DNA of 64,000 nt from Akkermansiaceae bacterium (GTDB lineage: Bacteria > Verrucomicrobiota > Verrucomicrobiia > Verrucomicrobiales > Akkermansiaceae), in contig JBPOGF010000021.1 of the NCBI GenBank assembly GCA_051251915.1, positions 13,513-77,512 of the forward strand, given 5' to 3'. The translations under genes were made by a program, and so were the position numbers. Under the pieces are notes generated by a model. That model saw only the letters and a program-made list of their open reading frames with translations, ran no database searches and was not told the origin of the DNA. Positions 54,181 to 63,938 of this stretch are shown here, piece after piece. Numbering within the stretch: position 1 is the first letter of the stretch; every line of letters starts with the position of its first letter.

Positions 54181-54828
54181 ATGACCACACCAACTAACAA
54201 CTCTACCCCATCTAACAAAAAAGCAATCCGCGTAGGCATCGGCGGCCCAGTAGGCTCTGGCAAATCCACCCTCTGCATCAAACTCTGCCAGCACTACAGC
54301 GCCACCCGCAACATGGCAGTCATCACCAATGACATCTACACCCAAGAAGACGCCAAAATGCTCCTCCGCCACGGCGCCCTCCCAGAAGATCGCATCATGG
54401 GAGTAGAAACTGGCGGCTGCCCACACACCGCCATCCGCGATGACATCTCCATGAACCTAGACGCCGTCGAAGAAATGGAACAACGCCACCCCGGACTAGA
54501 ACTCATCCTCATCGAAAGCGGCGGGGATAATCTAACAGCCGTCTTCTCACCAGAACTCGCAGACATCTTCATCTACGTCATTGATGTCACCGAAGGAGAC
54601 GACATCCCCCGCAAAGGCGGCCCCGCCATCGTCACTTCAGACCTCCTCATCGTCAACAAAGTCGAACTCGCCCCACACGTCGGAGCAGACGTCCCCCAAA
54701 TGCGCCAAGACTGCGCCGCCAAACGCGGCGACCGCACCTTCCTCTTCACAGACCTCCGCAACGGTATCTGCCTAGAAGAACTCTACGCCTGGTTCGACAA
54801 ACAAGTCCTCTTCACAGACGTATATTAA
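54181..54828 (+). CDS. ureG: Urease accessory GTPase UreG
   Basis: [35 protein letters not shown]. Confidence 0.97.
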   Translation: MTTPTNNSTPSNKKAIRVGIGGPVGSGKSTLCIKLCQHYSATRNMAVITNDIYTQEDAKMLLRHGALPEDRIMGVETGGCPHTAIRDDISMNLDAVEEMEQRHPGLELILIESGGDNLTAVFSPELADIFIYVIDVTEGDDIPRKGGPAIVTSDLLIVNKVELAPHVGADVPQMRQDCAAKRGDRTFLFTDLRNGICLEELYAWFDKQVLFTDVY

Positions 54829-54985
54829 CAAACACCACCAATGATGAATTAACTCTAAGATTTAACCTAACAAAAACCACCCGAAATCGTTGCTCCTCGC
54901 TCCCTGCTTCCCGCTTCCCAAGAATCAGAACAAACTTTGACTTCCACAAAACACAATGCCCACCAATAAAATCAGCTAAACAACA

Positions 54986-55813
54986 ATGACCGGCAGCATC
55001 CAGACAGACGTCCATCTAGAGTTCACCCACGATGAACCCAGAAACCGCACCATCCTATCCAGACGCCGCGCCGGTGGACTCTGCTCCATCAGCAAACCCT
55101 ACTGGAACCAAGAACTCTCAGTCCTCGGCCTCCAACTCGTCAACCCCACAGCCGGACTCTTCAGCGGTGACGCACTAAAAATGCACGTCACCATCGCCCC
55201 CCACGCCCAAGCCGCCATCACCTCCCCCAGCGCCACCCGCTTCCACACCATGCCAGATGGCCACGCCACCATCACCCAGGAATTCCACATCAAAGACAAC
55301 GCCTGGCTAGACTACTGGCCAGAAATGATCATCCCCCAGAAAGACTCAGACGTCACCCAAACCACCAAAATCTACCTAGAAGACACCTCCACCATGGTCT
55401 TCCTAGACTCCCTCGCCCCAGGCCGACTCGCCCACGGCGAAAACTACCTCTTCCGCAAATTTGAAACCCTCCTAGAAATCCACACCAACGGCAACCTCAT
55501 CGCCAAAGAACGTTGCACCCTCACCCCAGAAACCGGCAGATGGCCACTCCACGTCCCACACTGGGAAGCCACCTACTACGCCGCCATCTGGATCGCCGGC
55601 ACCCAAGCCGAACAAACCATCCAAGACCTCCAGCAAGACCAACTCCCAGAAGACACCCTCACCAAACACGGCGCCAGCCTACTCGACCCAAACCTCGGAG
55701 TCATCCGCATCATCTCCCCCACCAGCATCCACCTCAAGAACGCCCTAGACCACTTCCGCACCACCATCCAAAACCAACTCCCCCTCCTAAAAATGACTTT
55801 CAGAAAACTCTAA
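54986..55813 (+). CDS. ureD: Urease accessory protein UreD/UreH
   Basis: NPTAGLFSGD, TSPSAT, PGRLAHGE. Confidence 0.9.
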   Translation: MTGSIQTDVHLEFTHDEPRNRTILSRRRAGGLCSISKPYWNQELSVLGLQLVNPTAGLFSGDALKMHVTIAPHAQAAITSPSATRFHTMPDGHATITQEFHIKDNAWLDYWPEMIIPQKDSDVTQTTKIYLEDTSTMVFLDSLAPGRLAHGENYLFRKFETLLEIHTNGNLIAKERCTLTPETGRWPLHVPHWEATYYAAIWIAGTQAEQTIQDLQQDQLPEDTLTKHGASLLDPNLGVIRIISPTSIHLKNALDHFRTTIQNQLPLLKMTFRKL

Positions 55814-55849
55814 AATTAACTAAACTACAACCAACAAACTACAACTGAC

Positions 55850-56041
55850 ATGAAAACAACCATCGCAAAAATCACCACCGCACTCGCTCTAACAGCCGCC
55901 ACCCTCCAAGCCCACCCCGGCCACACAGACGGCCCACACTCACACGACGGCTGGCCCTTCCCAGACATCAAATGGTCCATCATCCTAGTCGCATCCCTCG
56001 TCATAGCCTACGCTATCTACAAGCTCTTCAAAAAAACCTAA
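55850..56041 (+). CDS. Small His-rich membrane protein (HupE/UreJ-like N-terminus)
   Basis: Signal peptide LQA|HPGHTDGPHSHDG, single C-terminal TM helix, basic tail; host-like codon usage. Confidence 0.75.
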   Translation: MKTTIAKITTALALTAATLQAHPGHTDGPHSHDGWPFPDIKWSIILVASLVIAYAIYKLFKKT

Positions 56042-56060
56042 CAACCCAAAACCTTCCTCC

Positions 56061-56504
56061 CTACTCACCCTTTTCAGGAACCTTCGGAGTCACAAAATCG
56101 ACCTTCCTAGCTTCATGCGACTTCTGCACAGAAAGTGAGTAAAATAACATCTGCCCACCAGCAGCCGTCATCAACTTATCAGCCTCCTCCACCTCACCCA
56201 GAATGTAATGAGTGCGAACCAACGCGAGCCTGCAACTGCTAGCTCCCATAGACGCGCCTCAGAAATAACAAGCATCAAGTTCAGAGATCACCGTCTTCAA
56301 CACATCTCTCAACTCCTCATAAGTCTTACACTCCGCCAACTTCTTCGCCGTCTTACTCCCCATCAAAAACGGAGAAAGCTCACCCCTAAAATCCATCTCA
56401 GACACACTCTCAGCAGGAATCAAGTGACCCTTAACATCCCCCTCAGCCACCACAGGTAAACCGAAAGCCAAACTACATATAAACAGAGTAACAAGTATTT
56501 TCAT
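56061..56504 (-). pseudogene. Exported protein ORF interrupted by one in-frame TGA (pseudogene or selenoprotein)
   Basis: ORFs 56259-56576 and 56061-56249 share a frame, separated only by TGA at 56259-56261; signal peptide from ATG 56504. Confidence 0.55.
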
Positions 56505-56806
56505 ACTTAAACCAATACCACAAAACCACCACCCCAACAGTAAAGACTTTGTAAAAAAACAAACCTCACTTCCCATCTACCAAGTTCCTTGTATTCAAAA
56601 CCTTCACTGCTTCCCAGACTACAAGCCAAAAAAACGGATTCTCTAACACTGAGATGGCAGACGACAAAAACTGCCATATTCTTTTAAAACTCTGCCCATC
56701 AAATATTTCATACTCTCAGTTAAAAGCACAAAAAAACTCCTACCAACCACAAATTTTTTGCAGCTATAGGAGTAGTAAATTGATCTGATTCTATCAACGA
56801 AATCGA

Positions 56807-57523
56807 CTAGCGACGGCGACGTAAAATGAAGCCTAGCCCTGCTAGCCCCATAAGAGCTGTTGATGAAGGCTCAGGAACAGGAGTCGTCACTACAGTCATA
56901 GAAAATTCTACTCCTGCATCAGAACCTATGCGTGCTCCAGTCGAAGGGTTTGTCTGAGCTGTAGTCGCTAATGCTCCTGTATAGGCACCACCAAAAACAT
57001 CAAAAGTCTGGTCATCTTGCAAATCTGGAGCAGCAGCAGCATCGGCAGCAGTAGTTATACTCTGTGTAGCGGAGCGTCCGTCAGAAGCCCACGTGTAGGT
57101 TATAGTTCCAGAACTCGAGTTAGAGCGATAAATCGCTATATTATCGAACTGGAAATCAAGAGACTGAACTACCTGCCCAAGAGATGCTGCATCGTCGGAA
57201 ACATAAGACACAGAAAGTATCAGGCTCTCACCAACATTGACAGATGTATCCCCACTAGAACCGAAGTTATCAGTTGAGTCTACACCAATACGATTACTGT
57301 TCCTTAATATTAGAGGTGTGCCACCTCCAGTCGCAGTTATTGAGAAGTTTAGTGTGACAGATACTCCAGTGGTAGCATCAAGGAATGTCTCGTTGAAATT
57401 ACCAGTAGTACTCCCTGATAACCCGTTTAAAGAGGCTTGACTAAATGTCGCCATAATGGCCGCTTGAGATGTCATGGATAATGCAACCATGCCTATCAGT
57501 GTATATATTTTTGTTTTTGTCAT
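56807..57523 (-). CDS. PEP-CTERM surface protein
   Basis: Signal peptide; C-terminal VPEPSSTALMGLAGLGFILRRRR. Confidence 0.95.
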   Translation of the reverse strand: MTKTKIYTLIGMVALSMTSQAAIMATFSQASLNGLSGSTTGNFNETFLDATTGVSVTLNFSITATGGGTPLILRNSNRIGVDSTDNFGSSGDTSVNVGESLILSVSYVSDDAASLGQVVQSLDFQFDNIAIYRSNSSSGTITYTWASDGRSATQSITTAADAAAAPDLQDDQTFDVFGGAYTGALATTAQTNPSTGARIGSDAGVEFSMTVVTTPVPEPSSTALMGLAGLGFILRRRR

Positions 57524-57792
57524 AAGGTTTTTAATAAATTATTATACTCAAAGTGTATTATATACAGATCCACGAAATTTGCGAAATCCTACATATATAG
57601 GATGCATCACAGTTTCATCCAGCTAGGGAGAGTATATTCCACAAATGAGTGCACTGATGGCCATGAAAAGTAATTCGCCAAAATGATGTCGTTTATTACC
57701 AACAAAGCACCAAGCCCACCGAAGAATCTGACCAATGACCATTGCCCCACATCATTGACAAAATCTGATATACAGATAAACTCGCCACAGTT

Positions 57793-60006
57793 ATGACAAC
57801 CCAAAAATCCCAAAAATTCACCATCCTCACCCTCCGCGACGGCCAGCAATCCACCCTCGCCCAAGAAGACTGGGTATTCGACCCCGCTGACCTCTCCAAA
57901 GTCATCGCAGCATCCTACAAAGCAGGCTTCTCAGGAGCAGAAATCTCAGGCGGCCAGAGCTTCCAAATCGCCATCAACTGCGGCTACAACCCATTCACCA
58001 TCCTCAATGCAGTCAGCCACGCCATGGAATACGGCGGCGGAACCCTACGCAATGACTTCAACCTCCAAATGCTCTTCCGCGGCGCAAACGCACTCGGATT
58101 CCGCCACTACGACAAAGACCTCATCGAAAAAACCCTCCAAGAATTCATCAAATGCGGCATCGACAAAATCCGCTTCTTCGACGCCCTAAACGACATCGAT
58201 AACCTCAAACTCCCAGACTCCATCAAGTCCCAGCAAGGCATCATCCTAGAAGGCGCCCTCTGCTTCACACACTACCCAGACTTCCCAGAACGCTACACCG
58301 ATACCTACTTCGTAAACTACGCACAGGCACTCATCGCAGAAGGCTACACCGCCATCGCCATCAAGGACATGTCCGGCCAGCTCACCGCAGACCGCGTCAC
58401 CACCCTCGTCCCAGCACTCCTAGAAAAACTTACCCCCAGCAACATCCCTCTCAGCCTCCACATCCACTCCACCGCAGATGAAAACTCCCTCGGAGCCATG
58501 CAGCAAGCCATGAACTACGGAGTAGACACCATCGAGACCACGGAAGGCACACTCTCCGGCGGCTCAGCACACCACCCACTCTCACGCATCTCAAACGACA
58601 AAACTGACGACTGCCCAGACTACGCAGCCCTCCAGAAAACCATCGCCAAGATCTGGCCCGCAAACACCGACAGAAAAGACCACCAAATCCCAGAAAAACT
58701 CAAACAACAACTCTGCGCCGCAGGAGTCCCCGGAGGAGCCATGCCCTTCGTCATCCGTGACCTCTCCCAGCAAGAATCCACCATCAGAGCCAAATACCAC
58801 GCATCACAACACACCCCCAAGTCCACCAACCTAGACAAATTTGAAACCATCATAGACCTCTTCATCCAAGAGCTCAAACAAGTCTGCACAGACGCCAACC
58901 TCCCCCTCCTCGTCACCCCCACCGCAGACATCTGCTGTAAGCAAGCAATCGCCAACCTAGCCTTCGGTGCAGACCCACACTCCGGCACCCTCGCCGGCAG
59001 ATACCTAAACAACAGCGGCCAGCCAAACCCAGACGCCAGATTCGCCAAACTCATCCTCGGCTACTACGGAGAACTAAAATCCTACACAGCAGACACCGCT
59101 CACTACTCACCAGAGCCAGACATCATCTCCTTCTTCGAGGCCAACAACGCCACCCAGCTCAACGCCATCACCACCCACGCCGCAGAGAACTCCACCGGTG
59201 ACGACCTCCGCGAAGCACAGCAACAAGCCTGGAAACTCATCCAGAAACTCGGCGCCGGCGCACTCTCCTTCGCCAGCTTTGACCAGCTCACCATCCTCTA
59301 CGCCCTCAAGCCCTTCGCCCCACAAGCCTCCATCGATCCTATCCAAAATGCAGTCCAGACCTACCTCGACCGCTCAGAAAAATCTAAAATCGACGGCCGC
59401 GGCTCCACATTCCCAGGCTACGAGTTCCTCATGCAGCCCCTCCTCTGCTACATGCGCTCCATGTTCGTCTTCAACAAGCAACTAAAAGCCGAAGACATCG
59501 TCAACCTCCCACTCAACTCCTTCGGCACCATCCAGTGCCGCCACCTCTACGACATCTACATAGACCTCTCCATCTGGAAAAATGTCACCACCCTCAGAAA
59601 CCACCTCTCCCTCCTCTACTCATCATCACACATCTCAGACCAGCTCAAAAATGCCGCCCAATACGTCAGCGACTCCCTCTCCCAGCTAGACCTCAGACCT
59701 GCCAGAAACTACAACACAAGCATAGAACAAGCACACGAAGCATTCACCACCATCACCATCGCAGAACTCTTCAGCTCCCTCGCCCTCATCAACTCCTTCA
59801 CCAACGACGTCGCCAAACACGCCACCAACCCCAAACTCTTCGCAGACCGTAGCCTCAAGATGGAAGACATCCACCACTTCCTCACCACAAAGCCAAAAGA
59901 AGGAGACCTCACCCCATGGCAAAACCGCGTCCGCCAATCCCTAGTAGGTAAACGCCTAAAACTAGAATCAGACCTCCAGAAACGACTAGAAAACTGGCGC
60001 AGCTAA
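57793..60006 (+). CDS. Pyruvate-carboxyltransferase (OadA/PycB-like) domain protein with unknown C-terminal half
   Basis: TLRDGQQS, LQMLFRGAN, FFDALND, IKDMSG, HIHST, VPGG, LVTPT; no biotinyl MKM motif. Confidence 0.75.
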   Translation: MTTQKSQKFTILTLRDGQQSTLAQEDWVFDPADLSKVIAASYKAGFSGAEISGGQSFQIAINCGYNPFTILNAVSHAMEYGGGTLRNDFNLQMLFRGANALGFRHYDKDLIEKTLQEFIKCGIDKIRFFDALNDIDNLKLPDSIKSQQGIILEGALCFTHYPDFPERYTDTYFVNYAQALIAEGYTAIAIKDMSGQLTADRVTTLVPALLEKLTPSNIPLSLHIHSTADENSLGAMQQAMNYGVDTIETTEGTLSGGSAHHPLSRISNDKTDDCPDYAALQKTIAKIWPANTDRKDHQIPEKLKQQLCAAGVPGGAMPFVIRDLSQQESTIRAKYHASQHTPKSTNLDKFETIIDLFIQELKQVCTDANLPLLVTPTADICCKQAIANLAFGADPHSGTLAGRYLNNSGQPNPDARFAKLILGYYGELKSYTADTAHYSPEPDIISFFEANNATQLNAITTHAAENSTGDDLREAQQQAWKLIQKLGAGALSFASFDQLTILYALKPFAPQASIDPIQNAVQTYLDRSEKSKIDGRGSTFPGYEFLMQPLLCYMRSMFVFNKQLKAEDIVNLPLNSFGTIQCRHLYDIYIDLSIWKNVTTLRNHLSLLYSSSHISDQLKNAAQYVSDSLSQLDLRPARNYNTSIEQAHEAFTTITIAELFSSLALINSFTNDVAKHATNPKLFADRSLKMEDIHHFLTTKPKEGDLTPWQNRVRQSLVGKRLKLESDLQKRLENWRS

Positions 60007-60080
60007 CCACAAAATACCTCCAAAATATTTTTAATTGAATATTCACCACATTACATGAGTATATATACAATCAATTTACT

Positions 60081-60779
60081 ATGAAATCACTATCCATACC
60101 CATCATCACCTCCATCATCCTAACCACCGCTAGCATCTCATCCGCCAGAACCTGGACCAGCTCAGACGGCGGTAAAACCTTCGATGGAGACTACGTCAAA
60201 CAAGACTCCACCTCCGTAACCGTCAAAAGAGGATATAAAACACTCACCTTCAAAATAGACATCCTCTCAGAGGCTGACCAACAATGGCTCCAAGAAACTG
60301 CAACCGCTGAAGAAACCGCAGCCGCTCAAAAAGCAGCCACAGAGAAAGCAAACGCACTCGGCTCACTCGGCGAAACCATCGCCCCAGAACTCAAAATCCT
60401 CAGCGGAACACGATTCAAAAAACACGAACTAGAAAGCACCCCACAATACTACTTCATCTACTTCGGTGCCAGCTGGTGCCCACCATGCCGCGCAGCCGCC
60501 CCAGATCTCGTAAAATCCTACAACACCAAAATCTCCACCAACGACAAAGTAGAACTCGTATGGTGCACCCGCGATGACGACGAAAGCGCAGCAGCAGGCT
60601 GGGCCAAAAGCGAAAGCTTCCCATGGCCAACCATCATGAAAGACGACACCAAAAAAGCCAACCTCGCCCAATTCATCCCAAGAGGCATCCCCGCCTACAT
60701 CCTAGTAGACAAAGAAGGCAACCAACTAGCCACAGGCAAATCAGCCTGCATGGAAAAAATCAGTGAACTCACCAAGTAA
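60081..60779 (+). CDS. Exported thioredoxin-like protein (SHD1-like N-domain + WCPPC)
   Basis: ARTWTSSDG..LSEADQQW; YFGASWCPPCR; cis-Pro GIP. Confidence 0.85.
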   Translation: MKSLSIPIITSIILTTASISSARTWTSSDGGKTFDGDYVKQDSTSVTVKRGYKTLTFKIDILSEADQQWLQETATAEETAAAQKAATEKANALGSLGETIAPELKILSGTRFKKHELESTPQYYFIYFGASWCPPCRAAAPDLVKSYNTKISTNDKVELVWCTRDDDESAAAGWAKSESFPWPTIMKDDTKKANLAQFIPRGIPAYILVDKEGNQLATGKSACMEKISELTK

Positions 60780-60803
60780 CACCAAGTAACAGCTCAAAAT
60801 CCT

Positions 60804-60832
60804 CGAAGGCGTCACACTAAGTGACGCCTTCG
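60804..60832. terminator. Perfect 12-bp hairpin after the thioredoxin gene
   Basis: CGAAGGCGTCAC-ACTAA-GTGACGCCTTCG; no U-tract. Confidence 0.55.
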
Positions 60833-60986
60833 TCGTCTCAACCCCCAGTCCCCAAATTGTAACAAAAACAACGAAATAAACGACCACCACTACCAAAAAA
60901 CAAAACCTCCCCACAATCAACTTCACATAATATGTACAATATTATAGTTGATACAAATTCTACATTCTTGATAAGATACCCTTATC

Positions 60987-63011
60987 ATGAAAAGCTTCAT
61001 AAAATTCTATCTACTAAGCATTTTTCTCACCCTAACCCTCAACGCTCAGGAAACAAAACCATCTCAACCTGAACATGTCATCATCGTCTTAGATGCTTCA
61101 GGATCAATGTGGGGACAAATCAACGGCAGAGCCAAAATAGATATAGCCAAGGAAGTCATCAAAGAGGTTACAAACAACCTCTCACCAGATATACGCCTAG
61201 GCTTAGTCGCCTACGGGCACAGAAAAAAAGGAGACTGCTCAGACATCGAATTACTCATTCCTCCAAGCCCACTAAACAAGGATTTATTCAATGCCACAGT
61301 GAAAGCAATTCAACCAAAAGGCATGACCCCCCTCACCTCCGCAGTAGAGTTCGCTGCTGAAAAACTAAAATACAAAGAAAGCCGCGCATCCGTAATTCTA
61401 GTAACCGATGGAAAAGAAACATGCGATCGCGATCCCTGCGAGATCTCAGCCATCCTAGAAAAAAACGGCCTAGACTTTACCGCCCATGTAGTCGCCTTTG
61501 ACCTCAATGAAAAAGATGCCAAATCAGTCGAATGCGTCGCATCCAATACAGGTGGACTATTTCTAAAAGCAGATGATACCGCCTCTCTAAAAGACTCCTT
61601 AGAAATGGCGATCGATGACACCAAAGAACCAAACAAACCAAAAATCGAGGAGAAACTAGACCCCGCCACCATCACCGCACCTAAACAAGTAGTCCAAGGC
61701 AGCGAAATCAAACTAGAATGGACAGGCCCCAACAACAAAACCGACTACATCTCCATCGTACCCAAAGACGCTGAGGACGAAACCCGCTATGTAAACTACA
61801 CCTACACCAGAAGCGGATCCCCCACCAAACTACTCGCACTCATGGAAATCGGACCAGCTGAAATCCGCTACCTCGCCGGACGCTCAAACAAAGTCCTAGG
61901 CCGCACCACCATCGAAATCATCCCAGCCAAACTCACACTAACCGCTCCAGACGAAATCAAAGCAGGAGGATCTGTAAAAATAGACTGGACCGGCCCCAAC
62001 AACAAAGGTGACTACATCACCATCGTCACCAAAGACACAGAAGATGGCAAATACGCGAAATACGAATACACCAAAAAAGCACCAACTCTAACAGTCACCG
62101 CCCCCTTAGAACTTGGCACTGCAGAAATCCGCTACATGTCTGGACAAGGAGCAAAAGTCCTCGCACGCCGTCCCATCGAAATCACCAAAGCTGAAATCAC
62201 ACTCAGCGCACCAGACGAAATCACAGCAGGTGGATCAGTGAAAGTCAACTGGACAGGCCCCGACAACAAAGGAGACTACATCACCATCGTCAATAAAAAC
62301 ACAGAAGACGGCAAATACGCAAAATACGACTACACAAACAAAGGACCAACTCTAACAGTCATCGCACCCCTAGAACTTGGACCCGCAGAGATCCGCTACA
62401 TGGCAGGACAAGGCGGTAAAGTCCTCGCTCGCCGCCCTATAGAAATCACCAAAGCCGAAATCACACTCAGCGCCGCAGATCAATGCACATCCGGCCAATC
62501 AGTAAAAATCGACTGGACCGGCCCCGACAACAAAGGTGACTACATCACCATCGTCACAAAAGACACAGAAGACGGCAAATACGCAAAATACGAATACACA
62601 AAAAAAGGACCAACCCTAACAGTCATCGCACCTCTAGATCCAGGCCCAGCAGAAATCCGCTACATGGCTGGACAAGGTGGAAAAGTTCTCGCGCGCATAC
62701 CCATCGAGATCACCAAAGCCAAAATCTCACTCAGCGCACCAGATGAAATCACCTCAGGCGGATCCGTAAAAATAACCTGGACCGGCCCCAACAACAGCGG
62801 AGACTACATCACCATCGTCACCAAAGACACAGAAGACGGCAAATACGCGAAATACCAATACACCAAATCCGGCTCACCCATCAAAGTCATCGCACCAACC
62901 AAGCTCGGCGCCGCCGAAATTCGCTACATGTCCGGACAAGGCGGTAAAGTCCTAGCCCGCCAACCCATCCTAATTCTCGAAGACAAAGAACTAGAAACCA
63001 AAAAAGAATAA
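60987..63011 (+). CDS. Exported VWA-domain protein with five tandem ~88-aa beta repeats
   Basis: MIDAS DASGSM, GMTPL, VTDGKETC; repeats WTGP.NKGDYITIV..AEIRY. Confidence 0.9.
   Translation: MKSFIKFYLLSIFLTLTLNAQETKPSQPEHVIIVLDASGSMWGQINGRAKIDIAKEVIKEVTNNLSPDIRLGLVAYGHRKKGDCSDIELLIPPSPLNKDLFNATVKAIQPKGMTPLTSAVEFAAEKLKYKESRASVILVTDGKETCDRDPCEISAILEKNGLDFTAHVVAFDLNEKDAKSVECVASNTGGLFLKADDTASLKDSLEMAIDDTKEPNKPKIEEKLDPATITAPKQVVQGSEIKLEWTGPNNKTDYISIVPKDAEDETRYVNYTYTRSGSPTKLLALMEIGPAEIRYLAGRSNKVLGRTTIEIIPAKLTLTAPDEIKAGGSVKIDWTGPNNKGDYITIVTKDTEDGKYAKYEYTKKAPTLTVTAPLELGTAEIRYMSGQGAKVLARRPIEITKAEITLSAPDEITAGGSVKVNWTGPDNKGDYITIVNKNTEDGKYAKYDYTNKGPTLTVIAPLELGPAEIRYMAGQGGKVLARRPIEITKAEITLSAADQCTSGQSVKIDWTGPDNKGDYITIVTKDTEDGKYAKYEYTKKGPTLTVIAPLDPGPAEIRYMAGQGGKVLARIPIEITKAKISLSAPDEITSGGSVKITWTGPNNSGDYITIVTKDTEDGKYAKYQYTKSGSPIKVIAPTKLGAAEIRYMSGQGGKVLARQPILILEDKELETKKE
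61674..62975 (+). repeat. Five intragenic tandem repeats, ~264-bp period
   Basis: Units start near 61674, 61941, 62205, 62469 and 62733. Confidence 0.9.
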
Positions 63012-63029
63012 AATAAAACCCCTCATTCA

Positions 63030-63938
63030 TTGCCACAAAACTCAGATCACCTAAAAACCGCAGGCGAAATCCTCGAAGGCGTAGCCCTAGGCGACGCCTT
63101 CGGTGAACTCTACTCATACTACGCCTACGAAGTCAGAGAACGCGTCGCCCTCGGCCTAGTAGACAGCACCTGGCGCTACACAGACGACACCATCATGTCC
63201 CTAGGCATCCTAGAATGCCTAGCCAGACTAGGCGAAATAAACCAAGACGTCCTCGCCTGGATCTTCGGCCGCAGATTCAACCAAGACCCAGATCGCGGCT
63301 ACGGTAAAATGGCTCGCCGCACCCTCAAAGCCATCGCCAACGGCGAAAGCTGGGAACTCCACACCAAACAAGCCTTCCAAGGAGGCTCCATGGGTAACGG
63401 AGCCGCCATGAGAGCCACCCCCATCGGAGTCTGGTTCCGCCACGACTACCAGAAACTCATCCACCAAGCCAAGCTCTCCGCCCAAGTCACCCACTGGCAC
63501 CCAGAAGGCCAACTCGGAGCAGTAGCAGTCGCCCTCGCCACCGCAGAAGCCCTAAACACCCGCCACCTCCCAGCCGACCAAGCCCGCACCAAAATCGCCC
63601 AAACCCTACGCGACCACCTAGAAGACTCCGAAATCAGAATCACAACCCTCCGAGCCCTAGAAATGCAAAACACCCCTCCCCTAGAAGCCGCCCGTGAACT
63701 CGGTGCCGGCCAGCAAGTCCTCGCCCAAGACACCGTCCCCTTCGCCATCTGGTGCGCCCTCCACAGCCCAGACAACTACCAAGAAGCCATCCTCTGCGCC
63801 GTAGAACCCAACGGCGACTGCGACACCGTAGCCGCCATCACAGGAGGCATCGTCACCGCCCGCCTAGGCAAAAAAAACTTACCCCCAACCTGGCTAAAAC
63901 ACCGCGAACCCATAATCTACCAACCTGTTGCCTCATAA
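63030..63938 (+). CDS. ADP-ribosylglycohydrolase family protein
   Basis: GVALGDAFG, YTDDT, SMGNGAAMR, VTHWHP, GDCDTVAAITG. Confidence 0.93.
   Translation: MPQNSDHLKTAGEILEGVALGDAFGELYSYYAYEVRERVALGLVDSTWRYTDDTIMSLGILECLARLGEINQDVLAWIFGRRFNQDPDRGYGKMARRTLKAIANGESWELHTKQAFQGGSMGNGAAMRATPIGVWFRHDYQKLIHQAKLSAQVTHWHPEGQLGAVAVALATAEALNTRHLPADQARTKIAQTLRDHLEDSEIRITTLRALEMQNTPPLEAARELGAGQQVLAQDTVPFAIWCALHSPDNYQEAILCAVEPNGDCDTVAAITGGIVTARLGKKNLPPTWLKHREPIIYQPVAS

Noticed and set aside
57793..60006. Urea carboxylase, suggested by proximity to the urea cluster
   Set aside because: The domain is the pyruvate-carboxyltransferase TIM barrel, not the urea carboxylase CT fold; no biotin carboxylase domain
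1351..63775. Numerous 60-250 aa ORFs antisense to or overlapping real genes (e.g. 51236-51976, 26748-27323, 13169-13666)
   Set aside because: Shadow ORFs expected from the strong codon and strand bias; no recognisable motifs
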